A stretch of 57,008 nt of DNA, the filler included, from Trypethelium eluteriae (lineage: Eukaryota): NCBI GenBank assembly GCA_051942245.1. It is 4 parts of 4 records of this genome, joined end to end, with 100 filler letters (N's around TTAATTAATTAA, not from the genome) between each part and the next. Parts side by side here need not be neighbours in the genome. Positions count along the whole stretch, not along the records: positions 1 to 14,195 come from JAVECL010000699.1; 3 more parts are not named here. One strand, written 5' to 3'. A program made the position numbers and the translations under genes. The notes beneath the pieces were generated by a model, which ran no database searches, was not told the DNA's origin, and was given only the letters and a program-made list of their open reading frames with translations. Below, piece by piece: positions 1 to 12,460 of the stretch (position 1 is the stretch's first letter; every line of letters begins with the position of its first letter).

Positions 1-3000
1 GATATAATAATAAACATAAATAAAGCAAAAAAATTATAAGAGCTAATAAATAAAGCTATTTAGGCAATACCACACTTTAATAATATTAAATATACTGCAG
101 TCTTATTTAAATAATAAGAATAAGTTTAATTTATATTTAGCAATAAATAATAGGCTTAAGCAGTTAAAAAAGAGGAGCTATAAATAAAGATAATTAAACT
201 GGAATTTAATAAAGTAAGGCTAATTACCTAAGAATGCTTTAAAGTAAAGTTATTAGGGGTAAACAAATATAAGATTAATAATCTTAATAAAAGTAAGAAT
301 ATTCTTAAGGAAATTTATTAGCAGCTTTAAAAAGAAAATAAACTTACAATTTAAGCTATCCAGTACCTTAATTAATCCCTAAAAAAATAAATAATATAAT
401 TAATCCTAATATGCTTATTTTAAAAGGAAAAGGAGGCTCTTTTAATTAAGGGTTATATTTTTATATAAGGGGAAGTAGCTTATGTAAGGAAATTTTATAA
501 GTCCTAAATAATTTAATATAAATAATATGGGGGCTTTAATTATATAGCCCGGAATTATAAGAATTAAAAAAAATGCATAAACTGCTCTAAATTAGCCCAT
601 AAAAAGAAGCCTTATACTAATAAAAAGTAGTGCTATAACTGTTTAAGTAAGCATTATACGCTATCCTTAAAATACCCAGCCCACTAAAAATAAAAAAAAG
701 GGGATTTTTATAAATAATAAACCTTTGCATATATTATAAGCTAATATTTAGCATATATTAAAAGCATAATATACTCTCCTTAATAACCCAAGTTTAATAA
801 ACTTTAGCCTCCTTCTTTTTTAAGAACCAGTATACTTCCATACTAAAAAAGGATTAGTAAGCTTAGCCCCCCAGTTATATGCAGGTTGGATATAAATTAA
901 ATTATTAATATATAAGGAAGGGAGACTCCTATTCTGCATGCTAGTATATGTAAAAATAGGGCTATAAGCTAGATAAGTATTAGTAGCTTTGCTAGATATT
1001 ATAGCAGTGGAATTTAAGCTAAATAAATAATTACTCCTTATCTTTTTTATATATATTTCTCCTTATATAAGAACTGCAGCTATAAATAAAGGGAACATGT
1101 ATAAAATTCTAGAGTTATTAATAAATATAAAACTCTAATATCTTATACATAAATATTTAATTGGAGGAGACTTTAATAAATATAATTAGTTTTGGGGTGG
1201 AGACCTAATTCAGCAGGATTAAGGGGAAGCTATTCTCTAGTTTATAAGAAAGCAAAACCTTTAGCTCCTCCTTCTAAGAGGAATATTAACACACAATTTA
1301 GGATTAATTATTAACCTTTATATAATATTATTAGGGCTTTATAATAACCTAGACAAATATAATACCTAGCAGACAGCGTATAGACTGGACTATAAAGTAA
1401 TTAAAATATTATTTAATTAGGAGATGTATAAACCCACGCAAAAATTAAGATACCTATTTTAACAAACCAATTAAATTAAGGTAAAAAAAGAAGTGGAGAG
1501 GATAATTAATATTATAAAAGTAAAGCTGCTAAATAACCCTAAACTGGATACTCTTAATAGGATGGCCCAGCAGCTTATAAAGGCAGTTAGCAGAACTGTA
1601 TTAGTACATACACTAGTATTAAGACCAGCCCCTTACTTAAAGAGATAATAAACCCACAACCTTTTAAGACTTTATTAAGGATACATAAGAGTAAGGAATA
1701 AAGTTAAAGCCCTTTAGTGCTATAAATAAAGGGATAATATGCTAAAAAAAAAGGCTAAGCAGGCCAGAAAATTATTCCATAATACAGCTTAAAGGCAAAG
1801 ATAATTATATTAGCATAAGTTCTTGGGTAAAGCAGAAAATATTTAGAAAGCAACTAAATATATGCACCTAATAAAGGCGAGCTAATTTAGAGGTATCCCA
1901 GCTTTATAAATAGAATAAGGCGTAGCTATTATAAATAAGGAGATTTTAAAAATATTACTGACTTAGTTTTTTAATTAAAAGGCAGAGGTAAAATAAATAC
2001 CATAAAAAAATACCCTTAACCAGCTTTAATAGGTAGAGCTTATTAAAGAGGAGATTTATAAGGTAATTTAAAAAGCTAAATTATTTAAAGCAGCGGGGCC
2101 TAATAGGCTACCCATAATAATATAATAAAAGCTATAATTAGTAATTAAGGACTGTATATTTAGGTTATTTAAGGCCTTAATACAAATTAGATACCTTCCA
2201 CAAAAATAAAAGACGGCATAAATTATCCTACTTAAAAAGCTAAATAAGCCAGACTATTTATAGCTAAAAGCCTATTATTTAATCTTATTGCTGGCAACCT
2301 TAAGAAAACTCTTTAAATCTATTCTGGCAAAACAGCTATTATACCTGGATAAAACCTATAATCTACTGCCCAAAGCTTATTTTGGAGCTTAGAAATAAAG
2401 ATTTATTATTAATACTTTGCAGTATATTACAGAATAAATCTATTAGGCGTGGAAATAAAAAAGGATACTTTCCCTGGTTAATTTTAATATAAAAGGAGTA
2501 TATAATAAAGTAAATCCTTATATACTAACTTAAAAGCTTTAGCAGAGATAGATACCAGAGATAATAGTATAATGGATCCTAAAATTCTATCTTTCTAAAA
2601 AGGCATCTATTATAATTAATAATAAAGAATTAGAGGTTATAAAAATAGAATATATGGGCTTTTTATAAGGCTCCCTTTTATTACCGCTTCTCTTTCTTTT
2701 TTATAATACTAATTTAGTAGCTAAATAGGTATTAAATAGTAATAACTTGGCAGCATTTATGGATAACTTTAATACCTAAGTAATTAGGAAGTTAGCTAAA
2801 AAGAACCTAGACTAAATTTAAACAGAAATCCTTCCAGCAGCAGAGCAATGGGCAAGAGAAAGCAGAGTAATATTTAAATTAAAGAAAACTTAATTAATCC
2901 ATTTTATTAAAAAAAATAAGGAAAATATAAAGACTTTACTCCTAATAATAGGAGCAGAAGTCCAGCCTTTTATAAAGGTAAAGCTACTGGGTGTAATTCT

Positions 3001-4719
3001 TAATTAAGGACTTAGATTTTAAATCCACACAGCAAGGGCAGCAAAGAGAGGGGAAAAAGCAGCTTTAGCACTTAAAAGGCTATAAGGACTATAATTAAAA
3101 GCAGCTTGCCAGCTCTTTATGGCTATAGTTGCCTTAATTACTGATTATAAAGCCTTAATATAATTTCCTGGGTTATTAGGTATTATACAACATAAAATTA
3201 AGAGGGCAACAAAAATTAGAGCACTAATTATTATAAGAATATTTAAAATAGCAGCCTATTATATAACTATAATTAAGGGAGGGTTAAAATTAATCCAGAA
3301 TTATTTATATAAAGCTATTAAATAACACTAGGTTAACCTATATACCTATTTAAAAAAATATATTAAATAAAAGTTACTTAAATAATTAGGATAAAATAAG
3401 AAGTTTACCTCTCCTTATAAGGTAATAATAAAGCTATTTAAGGATATTAACTTAGAGGGGATAGAGATACGCCCAGTATTTATTAAACCCTTATAGCAGC
3501 TAATAATTAGGGTTTTCCTAGATATAAAAAAGGAGCAAATATAAGAAGTATAAAAAACTATATAAGCACTCTTTATAAATACATTTATAAAAAATAAATT
3601 AGCAGGTTTTAGTTTTTATGCGCCAAATTTTCTGGGCCTCTTTAGGTTTATAATAATAAATAGAGGACCCCACCCAAAGCCTATAAAGGTAGAACTTAAA
3701 GCAATTAATTAGGGGCTAAAAATAGCTATTCTTTAGCTCCCTAGCTTAGGGAGAAGGTTTAACATAACCCAAATCCTGTTTAATAATAAAGAGGCTTTTA
3801 AAATAATTAAAAATCCCTAAAGGAGGAGCAAAGTCCTATAAAAGATTTACACCCTATTAAATAAAGCAAACTAAAGAGATATTCTAATTAAGTTTATATA
3901 AGTTCTGGCACATAAAGATATCCAAGGGAATAAAAGGGCACATATGCTAATAAAGTTAGCTATAAAGAAGGACCAGCTCTTAGCAAATAAATAACTGTTT
4001 ATAATTACAGCACAAAAATTAGGGTAAAGGGAATTAAGCAAAGCCCATAATTAACTCTAAAAGCTGTTTAAAAATAAGTATTTTATATTACTTAATAAGG
4101 CAGCTTTAGGGAAGCATATTAAGGACATTTATAATAAATAAAGCAGTAAAAAGGCCAGATTATTAGCCTAACTTAAATTAGGATATTATAGACTTAATAA
4201 TTATTTATATAAAATTAAGAAATTAAAAAACAACCTTTATAAGTGCAGGGCCTTAAAAACAGTAAAGCACTTCCTTTATTAATGCCAGTTATAGTTAAGC
4301 TAAAAATAAAAGATATAGCAGGGCAATTTATAAAAATACAATATGGGAACCCTAATTAAAGCATATACAAATAAAGAAATAGAAGGAGAAATAAAGAAGT
4401 AAAAACCAGACTATTAAATTATCCAAAAAATACTTTCCTTTATAATAGCAATAAAATGTTTAAAAAATGTTAATAGGCCAAAAGTTTAGCAAACAGCTGG
4501 CAATAACTCTCTAAGCAGAATTTGGATGCCAGGCTGTATGCAAGATTGGCATTACTCTAGAACATATCCTAAAGCTTAGATAGAGGGAAGGTTCAGCTTG
4601 TACAAAAGCTTATAATATCGAGGGCATTCTCACACTATATATTAGTCAGCTAGTTCCCCACATGGGCCTGCGCTAGGCCTGACTGGGTGTAGGACATAAT
4701 CAATCAATCAATCAATCAA
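1..4719 (+). mobile_element. RIP-inactivated Tad1-like LINE (non-LTR retrotransposon); 5' end lies beyond the contig
   Basis: Very AT/TpA-rich with no long ORF, but degenerate motifs survive in the expected order: gag Zn-knuckle (CYNC...H ~631-680), APE endonuclease GGDFN (1163-1177), RT remnants (AAGPN for APGPD ~2090; ILLLATLRKL for ISLLxTLGK ~2282; GSLLLP for GSPLSP ~2670; FMDN for F/YxDD ~2756), RNase-H-like segment (VLAHKDIQGNKRAH ~3902), C-terminal C..KTVKHFL..C (~4243-4287), and an (AATC)n tail at 4698-4719. Confidence 0.9.
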
Positions 4720-4995
4720 CCGGACCAAGTGACTCTAGATGTGATCAAAACTATTCTTGTGTCTCTTTGAGCCAGATGCTCCATCCTCATATTCATTGCG
4801 CCTTGTCGGTGATCCAGACAATTTGGTCACTATACTATGAACCTATCTTTTCTAAGCCTTGATCAAGCTGTCTAGGCGTCGTTTTGCAACTTGCCTGGAT
4901 CTTCAAACTTAGAACCAGCTTGTGACGACACGCAGACTCCCAATAACTCCGCGACGTCTGTTCCCAGGCAGATCGGAATATCAGCTTGAGAACCG

Positions 4996-5946
4996 TCAGC
5001 AGACCAGCGGTAGGATGAAAATTAAAGTCATCCACAAGTTCCACAGTTTGAAAGTCAAGCAGTCACTTTCGACAGCGCGAAGAAGAACTCGAAGAGCAAC
5101 CACACCAGCCAGACCAAGACTCAATGCAGTTGTCATCGAAGTCTCATGCAAAAGCCATGGACAGGTTGAGCCCCAGAATATCATGAAAGACGCGATCGTC
5201 CACCTTGCCCATTTATCTCCAACAACCAGAGGCATCGTCTTCCTCCCCTTTACGCTATCACCTTCTTGATCTGGCATATCTTGTAGATGTATGGTCGTAA
5301 AAATGATAGCGGCAATAATGCAGAACCACTGCAGCAGCTTGGGCTTCAGCGGTAAGGGGAAACCAAGAGCTACTTCCATGGCGCCTGATGTGAAAGAGAC
5401 ATAGCCCAAAGCGTTGATAAAATTCTTCGTAAAGAAGCTGGAATCGGCCCCTGCAAAGTTATTATACCACGTTCCTAGTACCACAAAGGCTAACGACTGG
5501 CGGGCACCACCAACCAGCAAGTAGCTGAGGCATACGGCTAGCGGGTATACTGCGACCATCAGGAACTTTGCTTGCCGAGACGACATTCTTCCAGATGGCA
5601 GCGTTCTCCCTGGCTTGTTTATCGTATCTTCTCGGATTGCATCAGGATCTTTCTGATTGTTGATGGTGAAAGGTAGAAGATTCATCCAGATCCACAGTAA
5701 GATAAGGGGAGTCCTCAGAAGTATTTTCTTTGGACAAGGTAGCATGGATAGGTCGATTCCGTAACTCGACGCACCTGCTGCATTAGCGAGGCCAAAGAGG
5801 AGACTGGGTCCAACGATAGTCTTAAGATCGCTTGCAGTGAAAAGCCAAACACTATACAAGTGGAATACCATGATACTTGTGACCCAGATAGCTAATTGGA
5901 AGCTCATAGCACCGAGACCAGTTCCTTCGAGGTCGAATGTATACAT
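4996..5946 (-). CDS. UbiA-family membrane prenyltransferase / UbiA-type terpene cyclase (Fma-TC-like)
   Basis: Intronless 316-aa multi-TM ORF with NQxxxxxxxEDxxNKPxRxxPSGR and QDxxDxxGD...GRKTMPL aspartate motifs, plus the FTxSDxKT and WYN elements typical of the fungal Fma-TC-like subfamily. Confidence 0.85.
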   Translation of the reverse strand: MYTFDLEGTGLGAMSFQLAIWVTSIMVFHLYSVWLFTASDLKTIVGPSLLFGLANAAGASSYGIDLSMLPCPKKILLRTPLILLWIWMNLLPFTINNQKDPDAIREDTINKPGRTLPSGRMSSRQAKFLMVAVYPLAVCLSYLLVGGARQSLAFVVLGTWYNNFAGADSSFFTKNFINALGYVSFTSGAMEVALGFPLPLKPKLLQWFCIIAAIIFTTIHLQDMPDQEGDSVKGRKTMPLVVGDKWARWTIASFMIFWGSTCPWLLHETSMTTALSLGLAGVVALRVLLRAVESDCLTFKLWNLWMTLIFILPLVC

Positions 5947-6918
5947 ATTCGTTAGACCGTAACCAAGACCTCCGTGGTTGAGCCGTGTTGCTCGGCAGTT
6001 GGACCTAGATGAGCGGCCGCAGAACTTATATTAATGAGGCAACTTTGTCACAAATATTGGATTCCAAAAAAGGACAGAAAATCGAGTCACTACCAGGAAA
6101 TGGCAATCTTCATTCGAATACAGGCAGCTGAGTTTGAAGAGATTTGATGTGCCTCATGTGTGACTGGCTCACTGAAGAAAGCAAGAACGAGACTTATGAA
6201 GAAAAGAGTTCAATACGAGTAGACTCTGGCTGTAGAAGTCAGCAAAATCGTGGAAAAGTATGAAATAAGTTTTTCTGCGAGAGAAAGTAGGTAAAATACT
6301 GGGACTTCGATCAGTTCCCCCCCAGATATGGCGATATGTCTGACGTTATGACGAGGATGATGTATAACTTATTGATACTAGGGCCGATAGTCTCAAGCTG
6401 TTGGTTGCAGTCGAAATCAAGGATATTCTTCCGCACTGTTTGCTGCCTTCAGACGCAATCGATGACAAGAAGGCAATCGGGATCAGAGTGAAGCTTCAGA
6501 TCCCTGGATTTGAAAATGATTTACAGCATGTGAAGCAACAAATCTTGGCTGGACTTTTACGAGTTACCAGCCGAGGGACCTTCCCGCAAGTGCATGAGAC
6601 TACTGCATATGAAGGCAAGAAAAAGAGCAGACCGTTGAGGAGCTGAGCCTCTCGCGGACCCGCATTGTGGCACAGCGGGTTCGATATGTGCTAGGCCCCA
6701 TTGCATTATGCATTTCGCCCTTGCCAAGACAAGGTCGTAATCAGCTGGATGATACCCCTGTTTTGAATCAATGAGCTATCAATGTGACGTTGACAAATCT
6801 ACTGGGTCTTTTGAGACATATCTCAGAGGAGTTTTAATGAAGCAGATGGCATATTTCTTTCTAGAGTAAATGGGCCTCTCTGAAACCTATTGGTCCTACA
6901 AAGTGACCGCTTCTTACA

Positions 6919-8907
6919 ATGATGTTCGACATTTTGTTTGCTTCATCTCTTGGTCTCTTGGCCCATCATGCAATCTTCATACACGGAGAATGGCACTTAT
7001 GGGCCCCTTCGGTCCTTTCTATTCACTTGACACTTTCAAACCTTTACATCTCTGCTGTCATGTATTCCAGGACATCTATACTGGACGGTCTTTCCGCCTC
7101 TTTGATGCCAGTTGCGTCTTATACGATGACTCTTTTTCTGAGCATTACCATCTATCGCCTATGCTTCCACCGACTGTGCAAATTTCCTGGGTCTCGACTT
7201 GCCGCTATATCTAAGCTATGGCATGTTTGGCTGTGCAGAGACTCGCGTAATCATTTAGTATTGGAACAATGGTACCGAAAATACGGAACCTTTGTACGGA
7301 CAGGTAAGTCGAAGCTATTTCTCTTAGATGATTCGTCATTGTAATACACTAAATGGTATATCAGGTCCAAGCGAAATCACTGTATTCCATGCAGCGGCTT
7401 TTGAAGCTATGGATGGACCTAAGAGTAATACGACTCGTTCGGATTGGTATGACTTACTTTATCCTCGAGTGTCTTCTGTCTTCACTAGGGATAAAAGACT
7501 ACACGACAATCGAAGACGGATTTGGTCCAACTCCTTGAGTACGAAAGGTGTGCAGGACATGTAGCGGCGTCTGTTTCTTTACACTGACACTTTCAGCGCT
7601 GATGGACTACGAACCGCGAATCTTGAAAAAGATTGCTGCTCTAAAACAACATATATCTCAGAGCACCGAACAGCCTATTCTGGTCAACCACTTGATGCGC
7701 TGGTTCTCCTTCGATTTGATGGGAGATTTTGCTTTCAGCCAGGACTTTGGCATGATGGACAGACGTGAATACCATGCTTCGATCTCAATGTTACGCCGTG
7801 CTATTACTCTTCTGGGACCTTTCAGTCCAGCAATCTGGATTCCTAGACTGGGGTTTGCATTCATACCGGGGTTGTGGAAAGTCAAAGACTGGTTTGGGAT
7901 GCTTGATTTCTGTGACACTTGTATGGATCGACGAATGAAGGTAAGAGCCTCTTCAGATTACTCTTCTAGTTCCTGTACTGATGCTTGATATTTCAGACGA
8001 AAGTAGAGCAGCAAGATATTGCATCTTGGTTCATCAAAGACGCTAAAATTAACGAAGACAACAAGCAACATCAGAGATGGCTTAGCGGAGATACTGCGAC
8101 GGTTGTAGTAGCTGGAAGGTAATTCACTTCTACAGATATTGCATTAACAAGCATACTGGCTCTTGCCCTGGTCATTGAAATATCGTTAGGACGCTGACAT
8201 TGCCAGTGATACGACAGCGCCAAGTTTAACGACTCTCTTGTATCTGCTAGCGCAAAATCCGCAAGATGTCGAGCAGATCTATCAGGAACTGAAATCCATA
8301 GATACTGAGAATTCGAACGCTGTGGCTGCGCTTCCTCACCTGAATGGAGCAATTAACGAAGCGATGCGTTTGCTTCCGGCAGTCCTTACCTTTGTCACTC
8401 GAGTCAGTCCACCAGAGGGCATGTACTTAGATGGAACCTTCATACCCGGCAACGTCAAGATTGTAGCTCCTCGTTACTCGATTGGAAGATGTAAGTCGAT
8501 AATTCACCTAGAACCAATGCTTCCTGTGTCTTGGTAAATTGACTTAACAAATCAAAGTGGATTCCGCTTGGGAAGACCCTCATAAGTTCTGTCCCGAACG
8601 TTGGTACAAACGTCCTGAAATGATACGTGACAAACGGGCGTTTGCTCCCTTTGGAGTCGGTCAGTTGGCAAAACCCCGTAATTCTTAGAGCAAGCATCAA
8701 CCTGATATTCAAAAAGATCGAACAAGCTGCGTAGGTAAGAACCTGGCGCTCACTGAGATTCGAATGGTTGCAGCTAGTCTATTGTCCAGCTTCCGGATTT
8801 TTTTCCCACCTGGCGATAATGGAGATGCTGTAGAACGCGATATGCGGGATCAGTTGACAGCTAATCCCGGCGATCTCAACCTAGTGTTTGAGTTGCGGCG
8901 AGCTTGA
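6919..8907 (+). CDS. Cytochrome P450 monooxygenase (about 7 exons)
   Basis: N-terminal TM, FHRLxxFPG, I-helix AGSDTT (across an intron ~8119-8206), ExxR (NEAMRL), PERW, heme loop FAPFGV(D)RTSCVG (Cys codon 8728-8730); GT-AG introns. Confidence 0.92.
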
Positions 8908-9014
8908 TCGCAGGATCTTGGTAGAGATCGAGTCTCCGAGGCAGCCTGGGCTAGAAATAGCAATATCGGAGCTCAGCTTCCTGTCTATGGTTTCAAACGC
9001 ACTCCTATTTCGCA

Positions 9015-9996
9015 TTACTTCGACTTGAATCCGAGAATGATGTGAATGTCGAATCTAACATAACAACCTGACTTGATGTCTTTGAATGCTTGTTCTTCAA
9101 ACCCAGTCAAGTCGTGTGCAGGGATAGACCCCAGCATACCACGTGCGGAGACATTCTTTGCCCACTGAAACACCGCTACCATGCCGTTCGTACTAAGACT
9201 TTCTCTGGTTTCTACGACTCTATCCGAGCTCACGATATCTTCTTCCACATCAATCAGGCCTGCGGAACGCATGATTTCTGGAAGCGTGCTCCAGCCGTAA
9301 GCAAACTTCTCTTTGAGACCATAGCGCATGGCATCTCCTACAGACTTAGCTGCCGAGATGGTACAGCCAGCCTTTCCCCTGTAATGCCGCCCTTGTGCAA
9401 AATTACACTCTTCCCATTGAAGGGCTCCGCCAGGCTTCAGGAGTTTTTGAAGATTATAGACGACAGGTTCCCAATCCTCTGGATTCATTGCTGCAGAAAT
9501 GAGGCGAACATGGATGATATCATAACGATTACACGCCTCGAGGGGGGGCGTCTCTTTAATATCCATGAGACTGAGTGTGACATTTGACGGTAGATTCTCA
9601 ACGGGCGGGAACAGATCTCCAGAAATATCGAACCCGTGTAGAGTCGCTTTCGGATAGCTATTGGACAGCTCCGATAAAAATATCCCAGTTCCCGTCCCCA
9701 TGTCGGCAATCTCAGGCGCTTGCTCTGGACGGCAAGTTATTGATGGATGGAGCAGATACCCAATGTTTCTACATTTGTCGCACCAGTCAGCTTGTGAAAA
9801 CCCAGTAAGAGACTGGAGGCATCGGAGGATACTGGTTCAAGAGATGATACTGCTCATTTAACCTGTTGATATCTGTCAGATGAAGTCCAGAAACCAAGTC
9901 TGGGTGAAGACCTCACCTCTCAGCTTCTCTAGCATTCCTGACCATACTGTCACTATAGACATCCGAAACTTTGTTGGCTGGAGCGTCGTGACTCAT
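9015..9996 (-). CDS. SAM-dependent methyltransferase (fungal class I, LaeA-like superfamily), 3 exons
   Basis: Spliced start MSHDAP...EAERLNEQY...GYLLHPSI, SAM motif IADMGTGTG, GFDIS, YDIIHVR, LLKPGGALQWEE. Confidence 0.88.
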
Positions 9997-11152
9997 AATT
10001 AACGAACGTTTGATATCACCGTAATATTCCGCAACACAGCAGTAACACAGATTGATCAGGTTTGCACAAGGTTCAAGCCAACACAGTACAGCGCTTGAAG
10101 AGCAGAGTACAGCCTGGTGTTTCTGCTGAATCAAGAAGCGAGCAAGAAGGTACCGATCTGGCAAGCACTGCGAGCTGAAGGAGTAGCCGTATATCTTGTA
10201 TTGCTGGATTATTTCGTTGTAGAGAGTTGATAACTCCCTGTCACTCCTTGATTTTACTGCTCGATTGATCGAGAGCTGAGATCCAGCATCTTCATGCCGA
10301 CTCTGACTGCATTTGCTTATTGTGGAGAGGCCGCATGAGGTTTGTGAAGAGACACTGGCCAGGATAGTGCAACAATCAACGAATGAGATTGCAAGCTAAG
10401 CAAACTCGTCTCCATTCAACAATCTCATCTCAGCTACATGCACATTGAAGAATGGCGTGACTTGTCTTGTAGCTACCTGCATGCATATGAGGTTAATGCA
10501 CGAGACAGTTGGCTATCGTAGTGGCACACCGTTGGGAGTGGCGGTCGTGCCGCACGAGTGCGCGCGGCACGGCAAGCAGGCAGCCGTGCCGAACAAGGGT
10601 GCACTCCGAATCAGACCTCATCTCTGCCAATTAATGCTTAACGTACCTGCCTGGATGACGCAACTAAATCATGGGAATCTGTATCGATCAGACAAAACCC
10701 CAGCTAGCCAGTCTTTTCTCAATTACCAATCTCTTTTGTAGCGTTGCATTGCATATGCAGATGACTATCCCTCCCATGTCCTGCAGACGCCGCATTCTGT
10801 TGACAGACAGCATTGTAATTCCGTTTTCGGGGACTGCAGGTGGAAGCGGCTCAAAGTACGTAGTAGGCTGAGAGCTCATACCAGAATTTGATCGATGCAA
10901 GACAGCGTCGTTCGAAGATCGCGCTTTTCCGATACCAAGCTGCAGAGTTACTCCACCAACTGTTGTATCGCAGTGGCACGGAAGTAAACTTGCAGCAGAC
11001 AATGCTGCTCATTTCTTCTCGGTCCATTTACTTTTCAGTCAGCACTAGTCAATTTTTGCTTCTATGTGAGATCTCGCTCAAACAACGTCTTCACATGAGC
11101 CATCTTGATTGTGATCTGTCGAGTTTTCTATTCGTCCATCTCAGTACTTGAA

Positions 11153-12460
11153 ATGGCAGCTGTAACTGCTTCAGCAGCGAAGTTCATAGCGTACGAAGTC
11201 GTCTTTTTCACTCTTGCAGTATCAGCCGTGATACTACGTTTTCTGTCGTTACGGATCCGTCGTAGAGCTATACGAGCTCATGATGTTTTGTGTATCGTGA
11301 GCTTGGTGGGTATTCGGGTTCCCAGTTTTGAATATTATACTCATCACTTTGACAGCTCTGTCTCGTTGGATACGGTGTCGACATTACTGTTGGTCAGTAC
11401 ATATTCCGTGATTTCTGCGACCCGATTTTCAGTGTTTACTTTCTCTGACATCTTGCAGGGGCTGTTGAACGAGGCGTCGGCATTCACACAAATGAGCTTA
11501 CGTTCACCAAAATCGTTACTGTACTTAAGGTAAGAAGTCTTGGATAGCCTTGTTCCAAAAACGAAATTTTTCATAGACTTACACACTTGCTAGGTTTTTT
11601 TGGCCTCGGAATTCTTTTGGAGTACTGGAGTGACGTGCTTCCGACTGTCAATCCTGCTTCTATACGTCGAAATCTTTCAGACCCCTAAATTTTATCGAGC
11701 CGCGATGATGACAATCGCACTGATAAGTGTCTACTGAATTGTCTGCATCGTCGCCATAGCACTGTTCTGTCGACCGATCAATTACAATTGGAATAAACTG
11801 ATCGGTGGCAAATGCGGAAATACAACGGCTCTGGAAGATTTCTCAGCAGCGTTTACTATGATGCTCGACATCTGGGCCGTCTATCTGCCGTTGCCAACCC
11901 TTTGGGGTCTTCAGATGCCAAAACAAAAGAAGATCGGCATTACGGCTACGTTTGCGTCTGGACTCGCGTAAGTTTCCTGCCTTCTTTGCAAAATTATTTC
12001 AAGATGACTCTAGTATATAGACTGATATGCAATTTTCAGTATTGCCGGCATCAATCTTGGGCGTCTCATACAGACCATTTTATGCGACAATACCGCTGAC
12101 TTTAGTTACTGTCTTCTACCGTCTGCTATGCTCTGTGTTGGAGAAATGTCAATGGGCGTCGTCACTTGCTGTGTTCCTACGCTCGGACCGGTATTCTTTC
12201 CTGCTCGCTTTGGGCCAGGACCTGGTCATCGTTGGCGGCAGAACTATCCTGAGAGTTCCAGAAGTCCGTTTCCTTATTCGCTGAGTCGGTCACGAGGCAA
12301 ATGTTCTTCCACGACTTCGAATAAAGAGCACAGGTTTGCAACACTAACAGACGACCGAATTGAACTTACATCTACCGCCAAAGCCGAAAATACCTACCAA
12401 GCTAGCATCAGTCAAGGTAACGACACGGATGTAGCTCACGCAGTTGATACTCGCGATTAG
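11153..12460 (+). pseudogene. PTH11-like (rhodopsin-domain) integral membrane protein with an in-frame stop
   Basis: Spliced model gives LRF..R...HD, RLSILLLY, CRPINYNW..GGKC, D...YLP...LWGLQM..KKIG. In-frame TGA at 11735-11737 (VY*IVC) inside a TM helix. Confidence 0.75.
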
